A DNA stretch of 64,000 nucleotides from Okamejei kenojei (Eukaryota), in NCBI GenBank assembly GCA_035221665.1, contig CM069140.1, forward strand, positions 5,022,001 through 5,086,000, read 5' to 3'. Shown one piece after another: positions 45,788-59,325 of the stretch. Every line of letters starts with the position of its first letter. The stretch's first letter is position 1. A program made the position numbers and the translations under genes. The notes below the pieces were generated by a model, which did not search any database, was not told where the DNA came from, and saw only the letters and a list, made by a program, of their open reading frames with translations.

Positions 45788-47933
45788 TTGAGCCACAAAA
45801 ACCTGAAGTCAGACTGCTGCTTCCAGCACATGAAGAGACCAAGCGTGGCCACAAGGTCACCCTCGAGTGCGTGGTCTCTGGATTCTACCCAGACCTCATC
45901 AACGTCACTTGGAGTAAAGACGGTGCCCTGATCTCCAACAACACCAGCGCTGCACCAACTGCTCTGGAGCAAGGGGGCACTTTCAGTGCCAGCCACTTCC
46001 TGACCATGAGTACCGAGGATTGGAAGTCAGGCTCACGGTTCAATTGTACAGTGTATCATCGTGCCTCCAACACCATCATCACGAAGGATGCGAAGAACAT
46101 AACCGTATAACCATATAACAATTACAGCACGGAAACAGGCCCTCTCGGCCCTTCCAGTCCGTGCCGACCATTTGTTTTCCCCTAGTCCCATCTACCTGCA
46201 CTCAGACCATACCCCTCCATTCCCTTCCCGTCCATATACCTATCCACTTTACTTTTAAATGTTAAAATCGATCCTGCCTCCACCACTTCTGCTGGAAGCT
46301 CATTCATGTACGTCCTATTTTGATTTGTCCTGCCAAGATGTAGCACTTCACACTTATCAGCATTAAACTCCATCTGCCATCTTTCAGCCCACTTTTCCAA
46401 TTGGCCCAAATCTCTCTGTAGACTTTGAAAATCTACTTCATTATCCACAACACCACCTATCTTAGTATCATCTGCATACTTACTTATCCAATTTTCCACC
46501 CCATCATCCAGATCATTGATGTACATGACAAACAACAGTGGACCCAACACAGATCCCTGAGGCACCCCACTGGTTACCGGCTTCCAACCTGACAAACAGC
46601 CATCCACCATTACTCTCTGACATCTCCCATTCAGCCACTGTTGAATCCATCCTGCTACTCCGCCATTAATACCCAAAGATTGAACCTTCTTAACCAACCT
46701 TCCATGGGGAACCTTGTCAAAGGCCTTACTGAAATCCATATAGACAACATCCACTGCTTTACCCTCATCAATTTCCCTAGTAACCGCTTCAAAAAATTCA
46801 AGAAGGTTTGTCAAACATGACCTTCCAGGCACAAATCCATGTTGACTGTTCCTGATCAGACCCTGTTTATCCAGATGCTATATATATTATCTCTAAGTAT
46901 CCTTTCCATTAATTTACCCCACCTCCGACGTCAAACTAACAGGTCTATAATTGCTAGGTTTATTCTTTGAACCCTTTTTAAACAATGGAACAACATGCGC
47001 AGTACGCCAATCCTCCGGCACTATTCCCGTTTCTAATGACATTTGAAATATTTCTGTCATAGCTCCTGCTATTTCTACACTAACTTCCCTCAATGTCCTA
47101 GGGAATATCCTGTCAGGACCTGGAGACTTATCCACTTTTATATTTTTCAAAAGTGTCAGTACTTCCTCCTCTTTGAATCTCATAGTTTCCATAGCTACTC
47201 TACTTTTTTTCCCTTACCTCACAGAGTTCAATATCCTTCTCCTTGGTGAATACCGAAGAAAAGAAATTGTTCAATATCTCCCCCATCTCTTTTGACTCTG
47301 CAGATAGCTGTCCATTCTGGCTCTCTAATGGTCCAATTTTATCCCTCGTTATCCTTTTGCTATTTAATATAGCTGTAGAAACCCTTTGGGTTTTACTTTC
47401 ACCTTTCTTGCCAAAGCAACCTCATATCTTCTTTTAGCCTTCCTAATTTCTTTCTTAAGATTCTTTTTACATTCTTTATACTCCTCTAGCACCTCATTTA
47501 CTCCATGCCTCCTATAATTATTGTAGATATCTCTCTTTTTTCAAAACAAGTGTCCAATTTCCCTTGAAAACCTATTTCCTTTCAACCTAACAGGGACAGA
47601 AAGATTCTGTACTTACAATTTCCCCTTTAAATGTCCTCCATTTCTCTTCTACATCCTTCCCATAAAACAAAGTGTCACATATATAATTAATTAATTTTAA
47701 ATCCTTATGCATTCCCTCAAAGTTAGCCTTTCTCCAATCAAAAATCTCCACCCTAGGTCCAGTTCTGACTCCCTCCATACTTATATTGAAACTAATATAA
47801 TATATAATTAATAAATATATAATTAATTAATATAATATAATATATAATTAATATGATATTAATTATAATGTATAATTAATATAATATATAATTAATAATT
47901 AATAAACTAATATAATATAATATAACATCCAAG
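45788..47933 (+). pseudogene. IgW: IgW CH4 exon (45788-46100 + 47929-47933) split by a CR1 insertion
   Basis: (V)EPQKPEVRLLLP...VTLECVVSGFYPDLINVTW...DWKSGSRFNCTVYH...KDAKN; the exon resumes AACATCCAAG|GTAGGC after the insert. Confidence 0.88.
46101..47923 (-). mobile_element. 5'-truncated CR1 LINE with AT-rich filler at its 5' junction
   Basis: ORFs 46182-47192 (YMDFSKAFD, GVPQGSVLGP, YADD); (ATAACCAT)n tail; AACAT on both sides. Confidence 0.9.
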
Positions 47934-48926
47934 GTAGGCTCCTGGGATTCATTCCATTCTCCACATTGTAAACTGTGCCACACATGGGCAGCGCTGTAAC
48001 ACGGTGCAGTCCTGTTGTGGGCTTGTAAGTGAGTCTGGCCACAGAAATAATTGTATCTTTAACATTGCTTTAGTAACTTGAGGGCAATCCAAGCCAGTCG
48101 ACAGGCCAGACGGTGGAGATCCACGATACTCTTCTTCAAAACGGTCTTTGCCTCTGCCTTTGTACTTAATGCCAGTGGGTGCCTCAGCTGCGACAGAGTG
48201 TCCAGCAGAGCAGCTCTCTCCCTGCCCCAGCGTGACAACAGCCAGTCTGGGCAATGTGTAGCAGCCTCTGGAACAGGCCGGCTGCAACACACAACATCCT
48301 GACAAAGCATCAGGAGAGTTTAGTTACACCTCATGGATACAATCTGCATTTAAACAGTTGTGACTAAATAAAGGGACACAAAGTGCTGGGGTAACTCAGC
48401 TGGTCAGGCAGCATCCCTGGAGGACATGGGGAAGTGAGGTTTCGGGTCGAGACCTTTCTTCATCCTACTCCGGACCACTCGCGACTAAATAAAATAATGC
48501 CGCTGCTTCTATTTTATAATATAATGTGAAGAACTTTCCACTGACTGGTTAGCACGCGACAAAAGCTTTTCACTGTACCTCGATACACGTGATAATAAAC
48601 TAAAGTGAACTGAACATTTTTACCTCAAACGTTAGTTTGAATTGCCTCTAGAGGGAATTTTATGCATTTGATTCAGTAAATAGCTGGTAACAGGTTCAGT
48701 GATCACGAAACTTGTCAAATAATGTAAAAGTCAACGTGTTAATTCACATTGTTTAGCAAGGTTTCCTTGTGGGATCAATAGGAAGCTTCATTCCTACACC
48801 AATGTAGATAAATCTCCCTGATGTTGATGGGACCGACATATCATTAGGTGGAGATGAGCACAAAATACTTCAGTGGCAAGCTGCTCCATCAGGGAACAAT
48901 AATATAATAATTGTGATTTCTCCCAG

Positions 48927-49247
48927 ATGAATGCCCAGTTACCCGCCCCTCGGTCACTTTAAGCAAACCTTCCTTCGACGAGATCTGGATTAACAAGACA
49001 GCCACCATTCTGTGTAAGGTGGTTCACGGTGATTTAGAGGGATTCAGGGTAACCTGGCAAGTGAATGGAATGAAGAGAGAAGACGGGGTGACAACTCGTG
49101 GTGCAGAGAGGATCGGAGGTGCAGACACCATCACCAGCAGACTGACGGTCCCCGCTGCAGAGTGGGAGAGTGGGGCTCTGTACACCTGTGTGGTGGAGGA
49201 CAAGAGTTTGCCAACACCGGAGAGCAGATCCTTGGAGAAGCCGACAG
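48927..49247 (+). pseudogene. IgW: IgW CH5 exon, reading frame intact
   Basis: (D)ECPVTRPSVTLSKPSFDEIWINKTATILC...VTW...EWESGALYTCVVEDKSLPTP...KPT G|GTACGT. Confidence 0.92.
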
Positions 49248-49949
49248 GTACGTGTTGACAGAGGTTGGTGCGAGTCTGATCTGAGCAAATGGACAGACAT
49301 ATCACATCCAGCATTGAAAATAATTGCAGGAGCAGGCCATTCAGCCCTTCAATCCTGCACAGACATTCAATATGTGCACGGCTGATCATCCATATTCAGT
49401 ACTCGCTTCCTGCATTCTCTCCATATCCCTTGATCCCTTTACCCTAAGAACTGGATCCAACTAATTCTTGCATATATCTAATAATTGGGCTTCAGTGGCA
49501 GAGAATGCCCAGATTCACCACTGTCTGGGTGAAGACATTTCTCCCCCTCACACACCTAAACACCTTCACCTCAGACTGTCAACTCCTGGCCTGGATTCCC
49601 CAATATCTGAAACATTCTTCCTCTGCCTCACCTGTTCAAAGAAACATAGAAAATAGGTGCAGGAGGAGGCCATTTGGCCCTTCGAGCCAGCACCGCCATT
49701 TAATGTAATCATGGCTGATCGTCCCCAATCAATAACCAGTGCCTGCCTTCTCCCCATATAACCATATAAGAATTACAGCACGGAAACAGGCCCTCTCAGC
49801 CCTTCCAGTCCGTGCCAAATATCCCTTGATTCCACTAGCTCCTAGAGCTCTATCTAACTTTCTCTTAAATCCATCCAGTGACTTGGCCTCCACTGCCCTC
49901 TGCTGCAGGGAATTCCACAAATTCACAACTCTCTGGGTGAAAGATTTTT

Positions 49950-50962
49950 TTCAGGATGTTCAAAAAGCCTTTGACATGGTCCCACACAAGAGATTTGTGT
50001 GCAAAATGAGAGCACACAGTATTGGGAGTAGGGTACTGACATGGATAGAAAACTGGTTGGACAGGAAGCAAAGAGAAGGAATTAACATGTCCTTTTCAGA
50101 ATGGCAGACAATGACGAGTGGGGTGTCGCAAGGCTTGGTGCTGGGACCCCAATTATTATATATATTAACGATTTAGACAAGGGAATCAAATGTAACATCT
50201 CCACGTTTGCGGATGATACAAAGCTGAGTGAAATATGAGCTGCGAGGAGGATGCTATAAGGCTGCAGGGTGACTTGGATAGGTTGGGTGAGTGGGCATAT
50301 GCATGGCAGATGCAGTATAATGTGGATAAATGTGAGGTTATCTACTTTGGTGGCAAGAACAGGAAGGCAGATTATTATCGGAATTGTGTCAGATGAGGAA
50401 AAGAGGAAGTGCAATGAGACCTGGGTTTCCCTGTACATCAATCACTGACAGTAAGCATGCAGGAACAGCAGGCTGTGAAGAAAGCTAATGGCATTTAGGC
50501 CTTCATACCGAGAGGATTTGAGTAAATGAGCAAGGAGGTCCTACTGCAGTTGTACAGGGCCCTGGTGAGACTGCACCTAGAGTATTATTGTGTGCAGTTT
50601 TGGTCTTCTAATTTGCTATTGAGGGAGTGCAGAGTAGGTTCACCAGGTTAATTCCCAGGATGGCGCGACTAACATATGATGAAAGAATGGGTCGACTGGG
50701 CTTGTATTCACTGGAATTTAGAAAGATGAGAGGCGATCTTATAGAAACATATAAAATTCTTCAGGGATTGGACAGGCTAGATGTAGGAAAAATGCTCCTG
50801 ATGTTGGGGGAGTCCAGAACCAGAGTTTCAGAATAAGGGGTAGGCCATTTAGGACTGAGATGAGGAAAAACGTTTTCACCCGTAAAGTTGTGAATCTGTG
50901 GAATTCTGTACTACAGACGGCAAGGAGGCCAAATTGCTGATGTTTTCAAGAGAGTTAGATAT
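49950..50962 (+). mobile_element. CR1 RT fragment
   Basis: QKAFD.VPH, GVSQG.VLGP, FADD, RGDLIETY. Confidence 0.85.
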
Positions 50963-50969
50963 AGTTACA

Positions 50970-52160
50970 TCGAAACATAGAAAATAGGTGCAGGAGGAGG
51001 CCATTCGGCCCTTCGAGCCAACACCGCCATTCATTGTGATCATGGCTGATCGTCCCCAATCAATTACCTTCTCCCCATATCCCTTGATTCCCCTAGCTCC
51101 TAGAGCTCTATCTAACTCTCTCTTATATCCATCCAGTGACTTGGCCTCCACTGCCCTCTGCTGCATGGAATTCCACAAATTCACAACTCTCTGGGTGAAA
51201 GAGTTTTTTCTCACCTCAGTCTTATTCTAAGACTGACCCCTGGTTCTGGACTCGCCCAACATTGGGAACATTTTTCCTGCATCTAGCTTGTCCAGTCCTT
51301 TTATAATTTTATATGTTTCTATAAGATTTCCCCCCATCCTTCTAAACTCCAGTGAATACAAGCCTAGTATTTTCGATCTTTCCTCAAATGGCAGTCCCGC
51401 CATCCCAGGGATCAATCTCGTGAAACTACGCTGCACTGCCTCAATCACAAGGATGTCCTTCCACAAATTAGGAGACCAAAACTATACACAATACTCCAGA
51501 TGTGGTCTCACCAGAGCCTTATACAACTGCAGAAGAACCTCTCTACTCCTGTACTGAAATCCTCTTGTTGTGAAGGCCAACATTCCATTACCCTTCTTCA
51601 CTGCCTGCTGTCCCTGTAAGCCAACTTTCAGTGACTGGTGTACAAGGACGCCCAGGTCTCGATGTACTTCCCCCTTACCTAACCTAACCCCATGGAGATA
51701 ATAATCTACCCCCTTGTTTTTGCCACCAAAGTGGATAAGCTCACATTTATCTATATTATACTGCATCTGCCACGCATCTGCCCACTCACTCAACCTGTCC
51801 AGGTCACCCTGCAACCTCCGAACATCCTCTTCACTGTTCACACTGCCACCCAGCTTTATCATCCGCAAACTTGCTGGTATTGCTCCTAATTCCCTCTTCC
51901 AAATCATTAATCTATATGGTAACAGTTGCGGCCCCAACACCGAGCCTTGCGGCACTCCACTCGCCACTGCCTGCCATTCTGAAAAGGACCTGTTCACTCC
52001 TACTCTTTGCTTCCTGTCTGCCAAGCAATTTTCTATCCACATCAACACCCTACCCAATACCATGTGCTCAAATTTTAGTCACCAGTCTCCCGTGCGGGAC
52101 CTTATTAAAGGCTTTCTGAAAGTCTAGACACACGACATCCACTGGCTCCCCTTCATCAAT
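50970..52160 (-). mobile_element. CR1 LINE 3' portion
   Basis: ORFs 51227-52063 and 3' UTR. Confidence 0.88.
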
Positions 52161-52614
52161 CCGGTTAAGAATTTAATAGTTTCTCTCAGATTCCTTTGGA
52201 TTTTCTGAACTCCAGGGGATATCTAATGGATATTGGGTGGACTTACAGATGGTCAGAGAGTGTGAGGGAGCAAAAGAAGATTAAACTCAGCTGATTAACC
52301 ACATCATTAAAATCCCAGGTCACCACGACAGCCTCGCCCAATACCACAGTTGTTCCCACAACGTGAGCTGCTTAGATAGAGTCGAGGGAGAGGGATTTGC
52401 AGCTTTCACAAGCCGAGATACAGACTGAGACAGGACTGGAAGAGCAGGGAGCTTGAGGCAAAGACCAGCAGATCATTTAAGCAGAAGGGGAGATGGAACA
52501 GACAGCGCAGGACAAGGAAGATCCATGGACTGAGTTCCACTTTCTGTAGAGTCTCAGCATTCAGTGGTTCCTGTTGATTAACTAACCAATTTAAACTGAC
52601 TGGAAGCTATAGAT

Positions 52615-53360
52615 CAGTTTAGTTTAGAAATACAGCTCCCTTCGGCCCATCAAGTCCGGGCTGACTAGCAATCCCCGCACATTAACACTACCCAGCACAT
52701 ACCAAGGACAATTTACAATTAAACCAAGACAATTAGCCTACAAACAATAGGCAATAGGTGCAGGAGTAGGCCATTCGACCCTTCGAGCCAGCACTGCCAT
52801 TCAATGTGATCGTGGCTGATCATCCCCAATCAGTACCCCGATCCTGCCTTCTCCCCATATCCCCTGACTCCGCTATCTTTAAGAGCCCTATCTAGCTCTC
52901 TCTTGAAAGTATCTAGAGAATCGGCCTCCGCCGCCCTCTGAGGCAGAGAATTCCACAGACTCACAACTCTCTGTGTGAAAAAGTGTTTCCTCATCTCTGT
53001 TCAACATGGCTTACCCCTTATACTTAAACTGTGGCCCCTGGTTCTGGACTCCCTGAACATCAGGAACATGTTTCCTGCCTCTAACGTGTCCAAACCCTTA
53101 ATAATATGTTTCGATCAGATTCCCTCTCATCCTTCTATATTCCAGAGTACACAAGCCCAGCCACTCCATTCTCTCAGCATATGACAGTCCCGCCATACAG
53201 AGAACATGTACGTTTTTGGAGTGTGGGAGGAAACCTGAGCACCCGGAGAAAACCCATGCAGTCACGTACAAACTCCATACAGGCACCACCCATAGTCGGG
53301 ATCAAACCCATGTCTCTGGCATTGTAGGCAGCAATTCTACCGCTGTGCCATCATACCGCC
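52615..53360 (-). mobile_element. HE1-like SINE interrupted by a CR1 3' fragment (52746-53197)
   Basis: SINE tail half and head half lie on either side of the CR1 piece. Confidence 0.7.
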
Positions 53361-53555
53361 CTGTATAATGCACCAGAGGCATCATTTCTATTCCATACAT
53401 CCCTACAATGAGCAGAAAGTAAAGCCTTTAGTTTCAGGTGAACTGAGGTCCCTCAGGATGTAAACGGTGTCCATGTCAATATAAGATTGGAATGTATTGG
53501 GTAAGTACAGAATTACCGACAGATTCAGTCTAACTCGGGTTCTCTCTGTTCCCAG

Positions 53556-53939
53556 ATGGAGTTGAGAGTCGTCCTCAAGTCTACCTCCTCCCCCCTTCAT
53601 TGGATGAGGTGGAGACGGATGAGACGGCCACCTTGACGTGCCTGGTCACCAGATTCTCTCCTGCAGACATCTATGTGGCCTGGATGGCCAACGACACCCT
53701 TCTGAAGACAGGGATCGTGAACCAGCCCGTGACCAAGGACACCAGGAATGGGTGGAACACCATGACCAGTCAGTTGAAGGTTTCTCCAGAGGAGTGGAAC
53801 AGTGGCACCACCTTCTCCTGTGTTGTGGGACACGGCTCCATCACAACCAGCCTATTCAGAAGCATCAATAAATCTCACAACAAACCCACCCTGGTCAATG
53901 TCTCACTTGTTCTGACATAGCTTTAAATCTTGTTTGTAA
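53556..53939 (+). pseudogene. IgW: IgW CH6 exon plus long-form secretory tailpiece (frameshift in the tail)
   Basis: (D)GVESRPQVYLLPPS...TATLTCLVTRFSPADIYVAW...EEWNSGTTFSCVVGH...KPTLVNVSLVLT*; shifted frame continues SFKSCL*. Confidence 0.92.
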
Positions 53940-55175
53940 GATGATCCATTTCTCAAACACTTGTTTTGTTAATTTCTGGATTTATTAACTGACCCAGAGG
54001 ATGATGGGTTAGCTCCCTAACACATCATCAAAATGTGAACTTTTGCAAATCATTAAAAACATAATTCCACACGAGATACAAATTAAGCCACAGCCATGAT
54101 TCACCACAAATGTCGGAGCTTCTGGATACATTTACAGAACTGTTTTTGCCATCCTTGAACAGATTTTAATCCTGTATGGGATCACACGAGGTATTAAATC
54201 TATGTATGTGTCAATGTACCAATACAAGTTCAATAAATGTGATGTGAAAAAGGTTTTGTGTGCGTGTCTGTGACTGGTGTGTTTTGGGTGGCAGTACATG
54301 GGTAGCTTGGGATGTGAGGTGTGCACATTCTAGGAGAAGCACATTCTGGGAGAAAGAGGTGTTGTTGGATCAATGTGTCCAAAACCTCCCACCATTGGTT
54401 GTTCTCACACCCACGCCTGGACCAGTTGAAGATAGAGATTGATTGTGGTTGTTGGCCATTAACTCCATTATCACTGTGCCATGCGACTGTCAGGGTGACA
54501 CAAGGTGAACTGATTGGACCATGGTCTTTCCTAGCCCAGCTGTGACAATGTACCTGATGCAAGCTCCCACACGACAAACCAAATCTGGCCAGATCTCCTG
54601 CGTCAGGTAGTCCTTACTTTCTCCCTCTTTCCCCTCCCCTTCCCAGCTCTCCAACAGCCCACCTGTGTTTATCTGTTTGGGTTCGGGGTAAATATTAGCT
54701 CAGAACACTCGTGGTCATGTCGTGGCATTGCTGACATCTACCTGAGAAGCACCTCCTTAAAGCCTCATGACAACAGCTTTCATGAGGTGACATTGCTCAT
54801 CACTGAGCCACACATGACATCTGTGTCTAACAAGGGGGATGGTTGTTTGAGGAGTCTCTGTCCTCAGTGGGTGTGCACGGATGATGTTGAATAAAAGAGA
54901 CAACCCATCATTGGTAACTTTTCTATTCCAATGTTACATTTAAACATCTGCCTGTCGGTGCTTAAAGTAAATCTGTTCTTGAATCTGCTGCTATGTGCTT
55001 TCAAGCTTCTTGTATCTTCTGGAGAGGGGAGTAGAGACAATGACTGGGATGTGAGGGTTCCTCGATGATGTTGGCTGCTTTCCTGAGGCAGCGTGAAGTG
55101 CCGATGGTGGAAGGAGTAATGGTTGAGGGTGGGGGTTGCGATGCCCATTGTGTGGGCTGAGGGTTGTGTGGTTTG

Positions 55176-55700
55176 GTTTATTGTCATGTAGACCGAGGTA
55201 CAGTGAAAATGCTTTTTGTTGCGTTCTAACCAGTCACCTGAAAGACTATATAATTACAATCAAGCCATCCACAGCATACAGATACATGATAAAGGGAATA
55301 ACGTTTTGTGAAAAGTATTGACTGATTAAACATAGTCCGAGGGTCTCCAGTGAGGTAGATGATTGCTCAGGACTGCGATCTAGTTGGTGAGAGGATGGTT
55401 CAGTTGCTTGATAACAGCTGGGAAGAAACTGTCCCTGAATCTGGAGGTGTGCGTTTTCACACTTCTATTGCTTTTGCCTGATGGGAGAGGGGAGAAGAGA
55501 GAGTGGCCAGGATGTGACTGGTCCTTGATTATGCTGCTGGCCTTGCCGAGGCAGCGTGAGATGCAATTGGAGTCAGTGGAAGGGAGGTTAGTTTGTGTGA
55601 TGATCCGGCTGCAACCACAATTTGCTGCCATTTCTTGGATGGAGCAGTTCCCAAACCATGTTGTGATGCATCCTGATAAAATGCTTTTCGTAGTGCATTA
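55176..55700 (-). mobile_element. Rex1/Babar-type LINE 3' fragment
   Basis: SRCLGKASSIIKDQSHPGHSLFSPLPSGK...RFRDSFFP. Confidence 0.75.
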
Positions 55701-55884
55701 AAATTGAATACCAATAAAGAATTGAACAGCATGTGTTCATCTCTGGGTTTTGCCCAACCATCTGCCTATCTATATAACCCCTCGCTCGCCTGAGTTTATC
55801 CATGACCTGCCATGGTTTGTCCTGCCCCTCCACTTCCCCATCTTTCTTTCTCCCCACCCCTGCAATCAGCCTTACTCAAATCAT

Positions 55885-56530
55885 TACCACCTTGATGCAA
55901 TGATCAAGATGGCACACCAACACCTCTACTTCCTTAGGCTAAGAAAGATTGGCATGTCCCCTACAACTCTCACCAACTTCTACAGATGCACCACATAAAG
56001 CATTTTATCGGGATGCATCACAGCTGGGTTTGGGAACAGCTCCATCCAGGACCACGAGAAACTATAGAGAATTGTGGACGTAGCCCAGACCATCACACAA
56101 ACCAACCTCCTTCCATTAACTCCATTTGCACCTCACGCTGCCTCGGCAAGGCCAGCAGCATAATCAAGGACGAGTCGCACCCCGGTCACTCCCTCTTCTC
56201 CCCTCTCCCATCGGGCAAAAGGTATAGAAGTGTGAAAACGCACACCTCCAGATTCAGGGACAGTTTCTTCCCAGCTGTTATCAGGCAACTGAATCACCCT
56301 ACCACAACCAGGGAGCAGTGCTGAACTACTATCTACCTCATTGGTGACCCTCGGACTATCCTTGATCGGATTTTACTGGCTTTATCTTGCACTAAACGTT
56401 ATTCCCTGAACATGTGTCTGTACACTGTAAATGGATCGATTGCAATAATGTGTTGTCTCTCCGCTGGCTGGATAGCACGCAACGAAAGCTTTTCACTGTA
56501 CCTCGTTACACGTGACAATAAACTACACTG
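55885..56530 (+). mobile_element. Rex1/Babar-type LINE 3' fragment
   Basis: LYFLRLRK.GMSPTTLTNFYRC and HPGHSLFSPLPSGKRYRS, 3' UTR ending GTGACAATAAA. Confidence 0.78.
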
Positions 56531-56699
56531 AAGGGAATAACATTTAGACTGTACCTTCTTTTATACATTCTTCTAGTTGTTGAAACAATACCTTCTGATC
56601 CAACACTATACCATCTTGTATCCACTCCTTACCACCCCACCTACTCTCCCTTGCCACTCAGACCTACGAAAGATGGGATCCAGATGGGAAGCACCATTA

Positions 56700-57046
56700 A
56701 GGGCCTGTCCCACTGTACGAGGTATTTCAAGAGTTCTCTCCGAGTTTTCACATGATTCGAACTCGGAGAATGTCCGTAGGAGTTCATGGATGTCTCGTAG
56801 TGGCTCATAATGCTAACGGTAGGTACTCGGGAAATCTGGTAAACTCGTGACGTTTTTACAACACTGTGAAAAATGTCCACGGGTAAAAAAATACTCGTGA
56901 TGAAAAAAATGGTTACTTTTTACTCGTACAAGCCACTACAAGACATCCACAAACTTCTACGGACTCGCTATGGACATTCTCCGAGTTCGAATCAGGGGAA
57001 AATGTGGGTGAACTCTTGAATTACCTCGTACAGTGGGACAGGCCCA
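56700..57046. mobile_element. PIF/Harbinger MITE
   Basis: TIRs AGGGCCTGTCCCACTGTACGAGGTA / TACCTCGTACAGTGGGACAGGCCCA; TTA on both sides. Confidence 0.88.
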
Positions 57047-57699
57047 TTAATGAAGTCATTTTGCTGCTCTATAGGACTTTGGTTCGGCCGCATAGGTTGA
57101 GAGGAACTGTTGGAAGTGTATAAAACTATGAGAGGCATGGATAGGGCAGACAGTCAGAACCTTTTACCGAGGATGGAAACGTCATGGATTAGAGATAGGT
57201 CATAAGGTCATAAGTGATAGGAGCAGAATTAGGCCATTCGGCCCATCGTCTATTCTGCCATTCAATCATGGCTGACCTATCTCTCCCTCGTAACCTCATT
57301 CTCCTGCCTTCTCCCCATTACCTCTGACACCCGTACTAATCAAGAGTGAGTGGGTCAAGAATCAAGTGAGTACTCGTTTCTTTTTTTGTCTGATATACAA
57401 ACTTTTTCCAGCTTTTCTTCCCATATCGTGGTTCATTTTAGTTTTGGAGATGCAGCATACTGGAAGCAGGCCCTTCGGCCCTCAAGTCCACGTTGACCAT
57501 CGATCACCCGTTCACACTTGTTCGATGTTATCCCACTTTCTCATCCACTCCCTACACACTAGGGGCAATTTTACGCAGGGCCAATTAACCTACAAACCTG
57601 CACGTCTTTGGGATGTGGGAGGGAACCGGAGCACCCGGAGAAAACCCATGTGGTCACAGGGAGAACGTGCAAACTCCACAACACCACACTAACTTGTGT

Positions 57700-58040
57700 A
57701 GAAGACCATGAGAGGAATAGAAGCACAGAGCCTCTTGCCTAGAGTAGGGGAATTGAGGATCAGAGGACATAGGTTTAAGGTGAAGGGGAAAAGATTTAAT
57801 AGGAACCTGAGGAGTAACTTTTTTACACAAAGGGTGGTGGGTGCATGGAACGAGCTGCTGGAGGAGGTCGTTGAGGCTGACACTAAGAAACAGTTGGACA
57901 AGTACATGGATAGGATAGGTTTCGAGGGATATGGGCCAAACACAGGCAGGTGGGACTATTATAGATGGGGCATGTTAGTCGGTGTGGGCAAGTTGGGCTG
58001 AAGGGCCTTTTTCCATGCTGTATCACTCTATGACTCTATT
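57700..58040 (+). mobile_element. CR1 3' fragment
   Basis: ORF 57708-58001. Confidence 0.8.
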
Positions 58041-59325
58041 GTGCAGCTTGCAGTAAGTTTCAATTAAAATCAAATTTCACTGAATTACATTGGCAAATGG
58101 TGGCAACGTGCAAAGCAATTCTCAGGCATGAGTTCAACCAAACTCTCAAAGGAGCTGCACGGAATTCAACCCAAATGGTCACATATCTACTCTTTTATAT
58201 ATGCCCGCTCCAGAAATTATTTACCATCATTAGTCGTACAATAGAATATGTAGTGGAGGAAATCAAGAGGTCCTTCACAGATTATTTTGATCACGGAGAA
58301 AATGTTGCAGTGGTAGACCTGGGTTAGATCGTGACTACGGGTGCTGTCTGTCTATACAAGGCCTGTACGCTCCTCCTGTGACCACGTGGGTTTTCTCCAG
58401 GTGCTCTGGTTTCCACCCACATCCCAAAGACATGCAGGTTTGTGGGTTATTTGGCTTCTGTCGATTGGCCTTGGAGTGTAGGATAGAATTACTGTGTTGG
58501 TCAGCATGGACGTGGTGGGCCGAAGGGCCTGTTTCCGTGTTGTTTCTTTAAACAAAACTGTGGTTTCCAATGCTGATGGGCACAAATCTAACATATGATG
58601 TTCCAAAGATGTACAGGTTTGTCGGTCTATTGGTTTTGGTATAATTGGAAATTGTACCTAGAGTGTAGGATAGTGCTAGTGTAGTGGACTCAGTGGGCCA
58701 ACGAGTCTGTTTCCATGCTGTATCTCTAACAATTAAAAGATGGTGTTGTGAAGCACATTGGAATTTTAATCAGACCTGTACCTTGTACATTTAAACTGCA
58801 CGGTGCTGCATGCAATTTTCATGTGTTCAAAGTGTTGTTTAAATTTAGTTACCATTTTACAAATTGGCGGTGCCTTGAGTTATGATTACTTAACATCATT
58901 CACCCACTTCAATGACTAATTTGTATTCATATTTTCATCAGTTCATCAGATAGAAGAAGAATTAGACCATTCGGCCCATCAAGTCTACTCCACCATTCAA
59001 TCATGGTTGATTTATCCTTCCCTCTCAACCCCATTCTCTTGCCTTCTCCCCATAAGTCCTGACACCTGTATTAATCAGGAATCTATCTATCTCCGTCTTA
59101 AAAATATCCATTGACTTGGCCTCCACAGCCTTCTGTGGCAAATAATTCCACAGATTCACCACCATCTGACTAAAGAAATTCCTCCTCATCTCCTTCCAAA
59201 GGAACGTCCTTCTATTCTGAGGCCGTGCCCGCTAGTCCTAGACTCTCCCACTAGTGGAAACATCCTCTCAAAATCCACTCTATCCAGGCCATTTCCATAA
59301 GCAGTCAACTGTTCTCGGATGCTTT

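Larger units (their letters stand above)
27121..53939 (+). pseudogene. IgW: Immunoglobulin heavy chain IgW (IgX) cluster, germline-joined, pseudogene
   Basis: Leader, VH-JH, CH2, short secretory exon, CH3-CH6 and tailpiece in order on the + strand, mostly with phase-1 splice sites. Confidence 0.9.

Noticed and set aside
58200-58327. Possible IgW transmembrane exon (DYFDHGENV)
   Set aside because: No hydrophobic CART-type segment follows; the sequence runs into a SINE.
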